Part shown: one piece after another, positions 26,873 to 36,450 of the stretch | Numbering within the stretch: the first letter of the stretch is position 1 | Layout: the number at the start of each line of letters is the position of its first letter | Assembly (NCBI GenBank): GCA_016209105.1 | Contig: JACQWR010000028.1 | Span: 135,642-199,641 of the forward strand | Length of the DNA: 64,000 bases | Source: Deltaproteobacteria bacterium | GTDB taxonomy: Bacteria > Desulfobacterota > Syntrophia > Syntrophales > JACQWR01 | Reading direction: 5' to 3' | Translations under genes and position numbers: made by a program | The notes under the pieces: model-generated | Told to the model about the DNA's origin: nothing | What the model saw: the letters and a program-made list of their open reading frames with translations, nothing else | The model's database searches: none

Positions 26873-27856
26873 CTATAATTTATTTTCTGTGGGGAAATCC
26901 ACAAATTTCCCGTCTTTCAGATAACCGGCCCTCTCGTAAAGATCAAACTGGGGAGGGAAGGCGCACCCCGAGCAGATCATCGTTTTGGTTTCGCTCGAGC
27001 GGCAGCCCGTCCCGTGCCGTACACCGGCCGGGGCATAAATGATATCGCCCTCGGAAACGTCAATCCAGCGGCTTTCCAGATAGCCGGTGCCTTTTCCGTC
27101 GAAAATAAAGATGGCATCTTCCGAAATGGGATGGACGTGCGGTATGAAGGCCCGGCCGGGCTCGTGGTACGCGGTGTGCTGCCCGACCATGGCGCCAACG
27201 CCCGGCCAGAGGACAAATTGCATATATCCGCCGTTGCCGGTGAAGGGTGCCCCCCGGAAGACGTTAAAGACGCCGCCGGAACGGGCTACTTCCGCCGCCC
27301 CTTTCAGCTCTCCCCGTTCGTTTCCGCCCAAGTCGTTGCGTTCCATGACGCATTCTTTCGGCACAATGCCGGTGGCGGTCTTCAACAGGGCCACATCAAT
27401 GGCGCCCCAATCGAAATTCCCGTTGGCGAACAGGCCGATCTTTTGATAGTATTCCATCGGCGGGGGACAGTTATACGACAGGGCGATAAAATCTTCCGTG
27501 GCATCCGGGTCGTTGCGCGTCGCATGCTCGCATCCCCGTGGCACAATGATCGCGTTGCCTGCCGCAACCTTCACCCAGCCCCGGCCGAGATTGATTTCTC
27601 CTTTTCCCCGAATGCAGATAATGCTCTCTTCAGAAGCAGGATGCAAGGCGGCTTCATATGCCCCGCCTTTTTTATGCGTCAGGAGGTGAAAGCTTACCAT
27701 GCGGGTGCCTACGCCCGGCCAGCCCACCAGTCTGGTTGTGCAATTCTTGCCGTCCTCTATTTCGATGCCTTCGTTAATGTTAAATACCGCTCCCCGTGTG
27801 GTAACTTCCTGCCGGGTGCGATTTATGGCTCGTGCCGGATCATCTTTATATAACAA
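26873..27856 (-). CDS. Bicupin protein of unknown specificity
   Basis: Two internal repeats are visible: WPGVGTRMV...ALHPASEESIICIRGKGEI...IIVPRGCEHATRN and WPGVGAMVG...PHVHPISEDAIFIFDGKGTG...GDIIYAPAGVRHGT. Only the second half has the full cupin HxHxxxE...H motif. I placed the start at the TTG at 27856, behind AAAGGAGGA; the ORF-track start at 27946 lies in a repeat. Confidence 0.6.
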   Translation of the reverse strand: MLYKDDPARAINRTRQEVTTRGAVFNINEGIEIEDGKNCTTRLVGWPGVGTRMVSFHLLTHKKGGAYEAALHPASEESIICIRGKGEINLGRGWVKVAAGNAIIVPRGCEHATRNDPDATEDFIALSYNCPPPMEYYQKIGLFANGNFDWGAIDVALLKTATGIVPKECVMERNDLGGNERGELKGAAEVARSGGVFNVFRGAPFTGNGGYMQFVLWPGVGAMVGQHTAYHEPGRAFIPHVHPISEDAIFIFDGKGTGYLESRWIDVSEGDIIYAPAGVRHGTGCRSSETKTMICSGCAFPPQFDLYERAGYLKDGKFVDFPTENKL

Positions 27857-27884
27857 TGCCAATCCTCCTTTCCGTGGAATTTTT

Positions 27885-27939
27885 GAATCCCGCCGCAAGC
27901 GCATTCCCCGTAGCTTGCTGCGAAGAATCTTCAATTCGG
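27885..27939. repeat. Dispersed-repeat family member (GCGCATTCCCCGTAGCTTGCTGCGAAGAATCTTCAA)
   Basis: Shares GCGCATTCCCCGTAGC with 52361-52403 and CTGCG(G/A)AGAATCTTC with 4888-4905 and 2913-2932. Confidence 0.65.
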
Positions 27940-28034
27940 ATTTCATTTTGTGCTATACTTTTTTATAACTGAGGCGGGCGGATTCACGATCTTTTCCTTC
28001 CGCCTCCTCCGGATTCCCTGTACAGGAAATTTTA

Positions 28035-28607
28035 ATGTTGGTAAAGACATCATCAATCACCTTCAGACGGGCTGCCGGCGCTGATTATCCCGCTATCCTC
28101 CGGCTCCAGTCCGCCGCTTATATTGCAAACATCTCCCAAGAAGATCGCAGAGAAGGTTTCCTGTCCGCCCTGTTTACCCTGGAGCAGGTTTCCGCAGTCG
28201 CCGAGGACCTTGGGGCCATGCTGGCCATTGTCGAGGGTCATGTCGCTGGCTTTCTTTGCGCCTCAAGAGGTGAGTTCAACCGCCAATTACCGGTACCGGC
28301 GAAAATGCTCGAATGCTACGACCACGTGCGATTCGAAGGAAAGCCGCTCAGCTCATTTACCAGTTATCTCTACGGTCCGGTTTCGCTCGATCGTGAGTAT
28401 CGGCGCCGGGGATTGTTGCGCGGTCTCTATGAGGCCCAAAAGAGGGACCTCGCCGGACGATTCGAGATCGGCGTTGCTTTCGTCTCACGGAGCAACCCGC
28501 ATTCATTGCAAGCGCATGTCGCCGGTCTCGGAATGAAGGAAGTCGGCGACTTTGAGGTTCAGGGCAATGCGTATGTGATTTTGGCCTTTCGCTTGCCGCC
28601 CGGCTAA
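28035..28607 (+). CDS. GNAT-family N-acetyltransferase
   Basis: About 190 aa with an acetyl-CoA motif-A-like segment VSLDREYRRRGLLRGLYE. The assignment rests on fold-family resemblance only. Confidence 0.55.
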   Translation: MLVKTSSITFRRAAGADYPAILRLQSAAYIANISQEDRREGFLSALFTLEQVSAVAEDLGAMLAIVEGHVAGFLCASRGEFNRQLPVPAKMLECYDHVRFEGKPLSSFTSYLYGPVSLDREYRRRGLLRGLYEAQKRDLAGRFEIGVAFVSRSNPHSLQAHVAGLGMKEVGDFEVQGNAYVILAFRLPPG

Positions 28608-28627
28608 GAGCGGATTCGCCATCCTCT

Positions 28628-30355
28628 TCATAGGTTCCTTTTCCGGATCTGATTGTATTCCCCGATCATGGTATCCAGATCACCGCGGGTGAGACACGCC
28701 CCTTCACGGTTGGCCTCGAAAAGGGCCGGAGGAAGGGTGTCGGTCGCGGCGCCCAGCCCCTCGCGGTGATTGTACGCACGGGTGTTCTGCGTGATGCCGT
28801 TGGCCAGGTCTTCCAGTTGCCCTTTGGTCAATCTCATTCCGGTCGTCCCTGCCACCAGGTCCAGGAGTTCATCCCACAGTATGTAATCGCGGAAAAACCG
28901 GCAGAGCACTAAAGAGTCGAAAATCGCCGATCGGTCTTCGTAATCAATGTGCAATTTTGCTTTCCCTTCGATCTGTTCCTTGGGCATCTGGCCGGAGAGC
29001 TCGGCTTTATAAAAGGTGCCCCGGAGGTGGCAGGCGCCGCGGGCCGACGTGGCGTAGGAGAGGCCCATTCCCTTGAGGACGCGGGGATCGAATCCGCCGG
29101 GCTCAAGCCCTTTGACGTGAACGGCACGGTCTTCCATCCCCAGGATTTTCGCCGCCTCCTTGATCCCCTGGGCCAGCAGATCCCCGATGCCCTGGCGATA
29201 GGCGATCAGGCGAAAGAGCTCGGCTACCCGGTCGGGCTGATTGTAATCAATCGCGAAATCCGTTTTCCCCTGCTTGCGGGCTTCCACCAGAAAGGCCGAA
29301 AGGTTGCCCGCGGTCATGGTATCAATGCCCATGCGGTCGCACAGGTCGTTGAGCCAGGCGATCTCTTCCAGCGAATCAATGCAGTTAAGTCCCCCGATGG
29401 CGTAAATAGTTTCAAATTCCGGGCCCTCCAGTTCCAGCCCCGCATGCCGGCCCTGCCGCACCTTGGAAAGTTTCGTGCATTTGAGAAAACAGGTGGGACA
29501 GCCGCGGGCCTCGATGTCGAAATTGGCCTGCATGTAATCGGAAGAAATATTCCGCCATTTGTCGAAATACCCGCTTTGCCAATACTGCGTAGGGAAACAT
29601 TTTTGCTGGTTGGTCACGCGGACCTGGTTAGGGGTTCCGAGTTTCCGGTAAACCTCGGTCACCGGGTTTCCCTTCCCGGTCTGGGCGACTCTTCTTGCCA
29701 CCGCCTTGATCAACTCTTCGTCGGCCACTTCGCAGTTCTTTGCGCCGGCGAAGGCTATTCCCTTGATATTTTTAGCTCCCAGCACCGCGCCGAATCCGCC
29801 TCTCCCCAGGGAGCGCCAGCGATTGGCCTTGACGCATGCGCAGGCGGCGAGATTCTCCCCAGCCGGACCGATGACCAGCGCCGAGGCGTTTGGGGGAGAG
29901 TGTTTCAGGATGTGTTCTTCGGATTCAACGGTGTCTTTCCCCTTCACCGGGGAGGCGTCGTGGAATTTCACGCCCTTTTCATCGATGGCGAGGAAGGTCA
30001 AATCCGCGGCCCCACCCTGGAAGATCACCGCGTCCACGCCGCACCCCTTGATCTTCGGCGCCAGATCGCCTCCGCAATAGGATTCGCCGAACCCCCCGGT
30101 GGCCGGGCTCTTGGCAAAGGCGCCGAAACGGGATTGGCCCCACATCTTGGAGCCGGTGACCGGGCCCACCGTTACGATGAAGCAATTTTCGGGCGAGAGT
30201 GCCTCCACGTTCGGCTTGTTTTCCCGGGAAAGGAGATAAATCCCCAAGCCTTTCCCCCCCAGGGTTTCCTTCAATACGGCATCGGGGATTTCCTCGTAGG
30301 AATAACTCTTTTGGTTCAGGTTGACTCTCAGGATCCGGTTAAAAAAGCCCTTCAT
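28628..30355 (-). CDS. aor: Aldehyde:ferredoxin oxidoreductase family (tungstopterin enzyme)
   Basis: MKGFFNRILRVNLNQKSYSYEEIPDAVLKETLGGKGLGIYLL....E.LSPEN.FIV..GP.TG......R......SP.TGG..ES..GG is the typical AOR N-terminal domain. Downstream motifs EFET and D.MT plus Cys ligands are present. The start was trimmed to the ATG at 30355. Confidence 0.88.
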   Translation of the reverse strand: MKGFFNRILRVNLNQKSYSYEEIPDAVLKETLGGKGLGIYLLSRENKPNVEALSPENCFIVTVGPVTGSKMWGQSRFGAFAKSPATGGFGESYCGGDLAPKIKGCGVDAVIFQGGAADLTFLAIDEKGVKFHDASPVKGKDTVESEEHILKHSPPNASALVIGPAGENLAACACVKANRWRSLGRGGFGAVLGAKNIKGIAFAGAKNCEVADEELIKAVARRVAQTGKGNPVTEVYRKLGTPNQVRVTNQQKCFPTQYWQSGYFDKWRNISSDYMQANFDIEARGCPTCFLKCTKLSKVRQGRHAGLELEGPEFETIYAIGGLNCIDSLEEIAWLNDLCDRMGIDTMTAGNLSAFLVEARKQGKTDFAIDYNQPDRVAELFRLIAYRQGIGDLLAQGIKEAAKILGMEDRAVHVKGLEPGGFDPRVLKGMGLSYATSARGACHLRGTFYKAELSGQMPKEQIEGKAKLHIDYEDRSAIFDSLVLCRFFRDYILWDELLDLVAGTTGMRLTKGQLEDLANGITQNTRAYNHREGLGAATDTLPPALFEANREGACLTRGDLDTMIGEYNQIRKRNL

Positions 30356-30424
30356 GTTCTTATTCTTCCTTCTTTCGTACAATATTATTCTTTCAGGAGA
30401 ACTCCTCCTGCAAGCTTCAGCCTC

Positions 30425-31726
30425 TTAGAAGCCCATTTTCGCCGGCAGCCAGGTGGAAAGATCAGGAAAGGCCATGATGACGCCCAGACCCACCATCAGG
30501 AGAAAAACAAAGGGGAGGCTGCCGACGATAATATCTTTCATCGTGATCCCTTTGACGGCGCCGTTCAGGATAAACAGATTCAGTCCAAAGGGAGGCGTGA
30601 TCATGCCTATCTCCACGTTAATGGTGATCACGATCCCGAACCAGATCGGATCGAAGCCCAGCTCTGTCACGATCGGGAAAAGGATGGGCAGGGAGATGAT
30701 CAAAATCGCCATGGGATCGAGAAGGCAACCCATGACGATCAGGACGATATTGATGATGATCATGACGGACCACCGCGAAACCTCCAGTGAAGTGATCAGT
30801 CCGGTGACGTACTGGGGGATGCCCAGGGTGGAGAGGAGAAATGCCATGGTGCCCCCTCCAATGACCATGAACATGATCATGGCCGTGACCGCAACGGAGC
30901 TCAGAAGGGCCGCATGCAGGGTCCGGAGGGTCAACCTCCCATAGGACAGGGCAATGAAAATGGCGACGGTCGCCCCGATTGCCGCCGATTCCGTCGGCGT
31001 TGCGATCCCCGTGTAGATCGTCCCGATAATGCTCAGAACCAGAACCACAAAGGCCCAAACCCGCTTGAGGGAGGAGAACCGCTGCCTCCAGGTGACGCCC
31101 ACAACTGGCGGGGCAAGGGCAGGTTTCATTATCACCGCGATCACGATGGCCGCGCTCATGATTGACGCGACGACAATCCCGGGGATAATGCCGGCCATGA
31201 AAAGCTTTCCGATCGACGTCTGGGTGATGACGCCATAGATCACCATAGTGATGCTGGGAGGGATGAGGATGCCGAGCGTGCCGCCCGCGGCGACGGCCCC
31301 GACGGCCAGGTGTTTGCTGTACCCCCGCTTGATCATCTCGGGGATCGATATGACCCCGATCGTGGCCGCCGTTGCCGGGCTTGATCCGCAGATGGCGCCG
31401 AAGCCCGTGCAGGTGGCGATGCTTGCAATCGACAGCCCGCCGGGCAGCCAGCTCAGCCAGCGGTGGGCGGCCGTATACATGTCGTCACCCACCCCGGAGA
31501 CAGAGACGACTTCCGCCATCAAAATAAAGAGCGGCAGGGTAATCATGAAGAGGTTTGTTCCCGTGGTGACGGAGATCTCCGCAATTTGATAGAGGACATT
31601 CATATCAAGAAAGGACACGATCCCTATCAGGCCGAGAAATCCAAGGCCGAAGGCGATAGGCGTGCCGATGCCGATAATCATAATAACCAAAAGAATAATT
31701 GCAATAGTCAGGATGCCGATACTCAT
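30425..31726 (-). CDS. dctM: TRAP transporter large permease
   Basis: 433-aa polytopic membrane protein. N-terminus ...IGTPIAFGLGFLGLIG... and overall DctM pattern. ATGA overlap with dctQ. Confidence 0.9.
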   Translation of the reverse strand: MSIGILTIAIILLVIMIIGIGTPIAFGLGFLGLIGIVSFLDMNVLYQIAEISVTTGTNLFMITLPLFILMAEVVSVSGVGDDMYTAAHRWLSWLPGGLSIASIATCTGFGAICGSSPATAATIGVISIPEMIKRGYSKHLAVGAVAAGGTLGILIPPSITMVIYGVITQTSIGKLFMAGIIPGIVVASIMSAAIVIAVIMKPALAPPVVGVTWRQRFSSLKRVWAFVVLVLSIIGTIYTGIATPTESAAIGATVAIFIALSYGRLTLRTLHAALLSSVAVTAMIMFMVIGGGTMAFLLSTLGIPQYVTGLITSLEVSRWSVMIIINIVLIVMGCLLDPMAILIISLPILFPIVTELGFDPIWFGIVITINVEIGMITPPFGLNLFILNGAVKGITMKDIIVGSLPFVFLLMVGLGVIMAFPDLSTWLPAKMGF

Positions 31727-32250
31727 GCGTTTTCTCCTTCATCTTCCCCTTCAAGGCGGCCTCTGAATTCCAGGATGGCGCGCAGCAGGAATGTGGCAAG
31801 CAGAAGGGTGGAACCAACCACCATCACTACGTAGACATACGCAAGCGGCGCGCTCAACACGGTCGGAGAGGCCCACTTTTCCGTGAATGCCGTCCAGGTC
31901 ATGCTCGATGCCTGCCAGAGAAGCACGCTGCAGAAGGTCATGGCAAGGATCGAGCAGAGAAGATCAAGTGCCCGCGTCGCCGCTGGGTTCAGGCGGTGTC
32001 GCAGGAATGTTACCCTGATGTGCTGTCCCTTTTGGAGGGCATAGGGGGTCGCCAGGAAGATGATGTACAGGAAGAGATACGTTGATATCTCGGTGATCCA
32101 GATGCTGGGACTTTTGAAAAAATAACGCAGGAAAACGTCGAGAAAGATTGAAAAATTGACAAAAAGGATGATGATTCCTGCGATCGTCGCACAGATCAGG
32201 TTCACCTTCTTAATCCCTGTGTAAAGAGTGAATACCGGGTCTTTTGACAT
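31723..32250 (-). CDS. dctQ: TRAP transporter small permease
   Basis: 175 aa with 4 TM segments, positioned between dctP and dctM. Confidence 0.85.
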   Translation of the reverse strand: MSKDPVFTLYTGIKKVNLICATIAGIIILFVNFSIFLDVFLRYFFKSPSIWITEISTYLFLYIIFLATPYALQKGQHIRVTFLRHRLNPAATRALDLLCSILAMTFCSVLLWQASSMTWTAFTEKWASPTVLSAPLAYVYVVMVVGSTLLLATFLLRAILEFRGRLEGEDEGENA

Positions 32251-32343
32251 GTGAAGGTCCCTCTCTAAGACTGTTCTTAGCGTTCATGATTTCGTGGAGG
32301 GGGCAATGAATCGCTACCCCCTCCACGGGTGTGTCTCTCTCTT

Positions 32344-33354
32344 TTACTTCTGTCTGAATTTTTCCAGAATATCGCAAAATTCGTTGCCCAGGGGACCGGA
32401 TGCCTTCCTGACCTCGGGCCAGAGGGCGACTGCATCTTTCAAATAGGCGCGGTCTTCCTCGCGGGTGGTGTAATAAATTTTTGCCCCTTTGGAGGCCATA
32501 GTTGTTTTCAGCGCCTCCAGGTCTTTCTTGAAGTCCTGAACCATCCGCACCTTGATTTCGTCGAGGGCCCGCTGGAAAACGGCCCGGTCCGCCTCCGTCA
32601 TGGCGTTCCACTTCTTCAAGTTCATGGTGACGAACTCGATGTTGTTGCTGAAATTCGGCATGGTCAGGTACGGGGTAACCTCGTAGAGCTTCAACCCGTT
32701 GATAATGTCCACGATAAGCTGATGTCCGTCGATCGTCCCCCTCTGCAAGGCAAGGAAGAGCTCGCCGGGCGGCATAAAAACGGGACTGGCGCCCCATTTC
32801 GCCGCCAGGGTGGATTGAAAGCGTCCGGACACCCGCATCTTCTGTCCCTTCCAGTCATCGGGCGCCTTCAGGAACTTCGTCCGATGGGCAAGCACCGTAT
32901 CCGGGTTGTACAGGACCATGATCGGGCGAACGTCTTTCGGTTCAAACACCTTGATCATCGTGGGTTCGATCGCCTTTTGAATTTCGAGGAATTTGTCGAA
33001 GTTGATGGCGCCGTAAATTTCAAAGATGGACATTGCCGGGATCTTCCCGCTGACGAAGCCCCCCGGACCGAGCGATATGTCGGCGATTCCCTTGGAGACG
33101 GCGTCTACAAACTGAGGTTTTGCGATGAGCGATCCGCCGAAAAAGTATTGAAATTTTATCCTTCCCTTTGTGCCTTGCTCGACGAGATCGCCCAGCCGCT
33201 TGATCATGACGGCTTTCATGTCTCCCGGCGGATTATCGATCCCGCACTTCAGAACCATGGGGGCTTTCTCGTCATAGGCAACGGCACTTCCTGAAAACAG
33301 GAACAAGGCACAGACGAAACACGCCAAGACCCTCGCTACGGAATTAGTATTCAT
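32344..33354 (-). CDS. dctP: TRAP transporter substrate-binding protein (DctP family)
   Basis: Signal peptide ...LFSGSAVA|YDE, about 336 aa, next to dctQM. Confidence 0.85.
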   Translation of the reverse strand: MNTNSVARVLACFVCALFLFSGSAVAYDEKAPMVLKCGIDNPPGDMKAVMIKRLGDLVEQGTKGRIKFQYFFGGSLIAKPQFVDAVSKGIADISLGPGGFVSGKIPAMSIFEIYGAINFDKFLEIQKAIEPTMIKVFEPKDVRPIMVLYNPDTVLAHRTKFLKAPDDWKGQKMRVSGRFQSTLAAKWGASPVFMPPGELFLALQRGTIDGHQLIVDIINGLKLYEVTPYLTMPNFSNNIEFVTMNLKKWNAMTEADRAVFQRALDEIKVRMVQDFKKDLEALKTTMASKGAKIYYTTREEDRAYLKDAVALWPEVRKASGPLGNEFCDILEKFRQK

Positions 33355-33440
33355 TGCAGTCCTCCCTCCTGATAAATTGAAACGGTTTCGTGTCCCTCCG
33401 GAAACTCCGATAGGGATACCATTGGTTTCCCATTCGGAAA

Positions 33441-34430
33441 CTATTTAATGAGGCCCGCCGCCTTGCCTGCCTTGGTGATGGTCTCCGTCTGCGTTTTCAG
33501 CATTTCGGAAAACTCCTTGGCGGGTTTGTATTCCACATTGAATCCCATCTTCTCCAGCTTATTGTCGTTCTCGGGGTCCTTGACCGCTTTGGCGAAGGCC
33601 GCAGCGAGTTTATCCTGAACGGCCTTGGGCGTTTTGGCAGGCGCAAAATAGCCGATCCAGGTGCCTATGGATGCCTGGGAAAGTTTTTTCTCCTTGAAGG
33701 TCGGCGTACCGGGAATGTCTGCAACCTTGCCGGTCCCGATCAGCAGTTTGAGCTTTCCGGCTTTTACCTGGGGTATCGCCGCGGATGCCCCCATGATCCC
33801 CATGTCAATGTGCCCGCCCAGAACCGCGACGGCCGTTGCGCCCGTTCCCTCTTTATAGGGAACGTGGACGATCTTGGTGCCGAGGTTCATGTTGATGAGC
33901 TCCAGAATGAAATGAGCAGCCGACCCCACGCCGATGGTGCCGCAATTTAATTTTCCGGGGTTCTTCTTGGCGTAGTCAATGAGTTCTTCAAAGGTCTTAT
34001 AAGGAGACTGAGCGCTCACAAACAGTACGTTGGGCGACTCTCCTATGAGCGCGATGGGGGCGAAATCCTTCACCGGGTCATAGGGAGGCTTATCGGGGCT
34101 CAAGATCGGGCCGAAAATGTGGGTCGCGATACTTCCGCAAAGGATGGTATATCCGTCAGGTCTGCTTTGCGCCACGGCAGAAGAGCCGATCATTCCCGAC
34201 CCTCCCGCCTTGTAATCCACGATGACGTTCCCCTTCAGTTCTTTGGCAAGGGAGTCGCTCAGAATCCGGGAAGTAACATCCATAGCGCTTCCCGGTCCGA
34301 AGGGTACCAGAATTTTCACCGGTTTTGCGGGATAGTCGTCGTCCTTGGCAAAGGCGCCGGGGATACAGAGCAGCGCGATTGCCCAGACAATAATGGTCAT
34401 CCGTAAGATTTGCCTTTGTTTGGTCATCAT
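33441..34430 (-). CDS. tctC: Tripartite tricarboxylate transporter substrate-binding protein (Bug/TctC family)
   Basis: MMTKQRQILRMTIIVWAIALLCIPGAFA signal peptide, then YPAKPVKILVPFGPGSAMDVTSRILSDSLAKELKGNVIVDYKAGGSGMIG (Bug signature). The start was trimmed to the ATGATG at 34430, behind AAGGAGG. Confidence 0.88.
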   Translation of the reverse strand: MMTKQRQILRMTIIVWAIALLCIPGAFAKDDDYPAKPVKILVPFGPGSAMDVTSRILSDSLAKELKGNVIVDYKAGGSGMIGSSAVAQSRPDGYTILCGSIATHIFGPILSPDKPPYDPVKDFAPIALIGESPNVLFVSAQSPYKTFEELIDYAKKNPGKLNCGTIGVGSAAHFILELINMNLGTKIVHVPYKEGTGATAVAVLGGHIDMGIMGASAAIPQVKAGKLKLLIGTGKVADIPGTPTFKEKKLSQASIGTWIGYFAPAKTPKAVQDKLAAAFAKAVKDPENDNKLEKMGFNVEYKPAKEFSEMLKTQTETITKAGKAAGLIK

Positions 34431-34473
34431 AAACCTCCTTCTTGTTAAAGTAATGAAGTTATCTTTCGCACGA

Positions 34474-35970
34474 TCAATCCTCCTGCCGATATTTTGCCGC
34501 CGGGCGGAGCCGAAATAAGGGAAAGAGAAGCACCAGAATGGATACACTGATAAAAATCATCGATAAAGGCCGGGAGAAAAAAACCAATAAATTCCCCCGT
34601 GAGATAATAAGGGTTTGCCGCAGGTTCTCTTCCAGCATCGGCCCCAGGACCAGGGCCAAAACCAGGGGGGCGGCATCATACTCGAATTTTTTCATCAAAT
34701 ATCCCACCACCCCGAAGATGCACATGATCACCACGTCGCCTACGCTGTTGTTTAACGAATAAGCCCCGATCAGGCAGAAGAGAAGAATCAGGGGATAGAG
34801 GATGACGTAGGGGACCTTCAATACCCGGACCCACAGGGAGATGAGCGGCAGGTTGAGCACCAGGAGCATGACATTCCCTACGTACATGGAAGCGATCAAC
34901 CCCCAGAAGAGGCCAGGCTGTTCCTTGATAAGCAGCGGCCCCGGCTGCACTCCATAGATCAGAAGCGCCCCCAGAAACAGCGCCATAATGGGGTTGGCGG
35001 GGATCCCCAGACTCAGCATGGGGATGAAGTTCCCGCTGGCGGCGGCATTGTTGCAGGCCTCAGGGGCAGCAACCCCCTCGATCACGCCCGTACCGAATTT
35101 TTCCGGGTGCCGGGAGAGCTTTTTCTCCATTCCGTAGGTGATGAAGGTGGGGATGATCGCTCCGATCCCGGGCAGGATCCCCATAAAGAACCCCAATAGC
35201 GTACCCCTGACCATCGGGAAGGCCGAATCCTTCCAATCTTTCAGAGTGGGGAGGATGCCTTTAATCTTGGTCTCGAACACATCCCGGTCCATGGCGGCTT
35301 TCACGTTCATGAGGACCTCCGAGACGCCGAAGAGACCCATGACCACGGGAACCAAACCGAGGCCGTCCCGCAGTACCAGAATATTATAGGAAAAGCGTAG
35401 TTTGACCGTCACGGGGTCCATCCCCACCGTTCCCAGGATTATCCCTAATGCCGCCATCATCAGGGACTTGAGCATGGACCCCTGGGAAAGATAGGTAACG
35501 ATGGTCATGGACATGATCATCAGGGAAAAGTATTCCGGAGATCCGAAGCGCAGCGCCACGGACGCCAGCGTGGGCGCCAAAAACAAAAGGCCGATGAGCG
35601 AAAGTGTTCCGGCAACGAAGGACCCGAATGCCGAAATACCGAGCGCCGGGCCTGCCCGGCCTTTCCGGGCCATCTGATAGCCATCCAGGCAGGTAATCAC
35701 CGAGGCCGCCTCGCCCGGGATGTTCACGAGGATGGAGGTGGTTGATCCGCCGTACATCGCCCCGTAATAGACCCCTGCCAGCATGATCAGGGAGGAGGTC
35801 GGGTCGGCGCGGAAGGTGGACGGGAGAAGCAGGGAGATGGCGGCCGCCGGGCCAATGCCGGGAAGAACGCCCACCAGGGTCCCCATGAGGACCCCGGAAA
35901 AGCAGAACAGGAGATTAGCGGGTGTTATCGCTACACTGAATCCGTAAATGATGCCGTCAATAGCTTCCAT
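34474..35970 (-). CDS. tctA: Tripartite tricarboxylate transporter large permease
   Basis: 498-aa polytopic protein. G.L.G.LVGVLPGIGPAAAISLLLP and GVYYGAMYGGSTTSIL.N.PGE are TctA hallmarks. Confidence 0.9.
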   Translation of the reverse strand: MEAIDGIIYGFSVAITPANLLFCFSGVLMGTLVGVLPGIGPAAAISLLLPSTFRADPTSSLIMLAGVYYGAMYGGSTTSILVNIPGEAASVITCLDGYQMARKGRAGPALGISAFGSFVAGTLSLIGLLFLAPTLASVALRFGSPEYFSLMIMSMTIVTYLSQGSMLKSLMMAALGIILGTVGMDPVTVKLRFSYNILVLRDGLGLVPVVMGLFGVSEVLMNVKAAMDRDVFETKIKGILPTLKDWKDSAFPMVRGTLLGFFMGILPGIGAIIPTFITYGMEKKLSRHPEKFGTGVIEGVAAPEACNNAAASGNFIPMLSLGIPANPIMALFLGALLIYGVQPGPLLIKEQPGLFWGLIASMYVGNVMLLVLNLPLISLWVRVLKVPYVILYPLILLFCLIGAYSLNNSVGDVVIMCIFGVVGYLMKKFEYDAAPLVLALVLGPMLEENLRQTLIISRGNLLVFFSRPLSMIFISVSILVLLFPLFRLRPAAKYRQED

Positions 35971-35977
35971 CGCTCCC

Positions 35978-36427
35978 CTAAAAGTTGAAGATCCCTTGCG
36001 GCAGTTGGGCCTTTAACAGGATCGCAAAGATAACATAGCTGAAAATGGCCGTAAGACCCGCCACCCCGAGAGAAAAGAACCACCTTTTCCGTTCCACCAA
36101 TTCCAGGAGAAAAAATACAAAGAGAAAGGTGGAAAGGATAAATCCCAAGGTGTCGAGGATAAGCAGGAAACCGAAAAGGGAAAAGATTACCCAAGCCACG
36201 CTTTTCCAATTGAGAAATTCTTCGCCGGCGCGTCCCTCCTTCTTCAGGAACGACCCGATGACCAGACCGAGGGCCATGAGCCCCAGGACGAGCCCGGACC
36301 AGAAGGAAATAAAACCGGGGCCGGGACTGTGCATGTCGCCTAATCCGAGGCGAAGGCTTTCTCCACAGACATACGCGGATAAGAGAATAAAAAATATGCC
36401 CGTCCATCTATCGCTTTTTAACATCAT
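35978..36427 (-). CDS. tctB: Tripartite tricarboxylate transporter small subunit
   Basis: 149 aa with 4 TM segments, immediately upstream of tctA. Confidence 0.8.
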   Translation of the reverse strand: MMLKSDRWTGIFFILLSAYVCGESLRLGLGDMHSPGPGFISFWSGLVLGLMALGLVIGSFLKKEGRAGEEFLNWKSVAWVIFSLFGFLLILDTLGFILSTFLFVFFLLELVERKRWFFSLGVAGLTAIFSYVIFAILLKAQLPQGIFNF

Positions 36428-36450
36428 GGTTCCTTAAATTTTAACGTGGG

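Noticed and set aside
28949-30790. A 613-aa plus-strand ORF spanning the AOR gene, the spacer and the start of dctM
   Set aside because: - It is entirely antisense to two strongly recognisable genes.
- Its translation is low-complexity (G/R/P/D/H-rich, e.g. ...DDQDDIDDDHDGPP), as expected from the reverse frame of GC-rich and membrane-protein coding sequence.
- It has no RBS and resembles no family I know.
- The same reasoning applies to the other long antisense ORFs: 6779-7507, 10024-10797, 18707-19486, 25087-25782, 27014-27853, 32329-33294, 41962-42975, 44408-45262, 47356-48141, 59659-60360, 61464-62093, 62044-62691 and 62769-63452.
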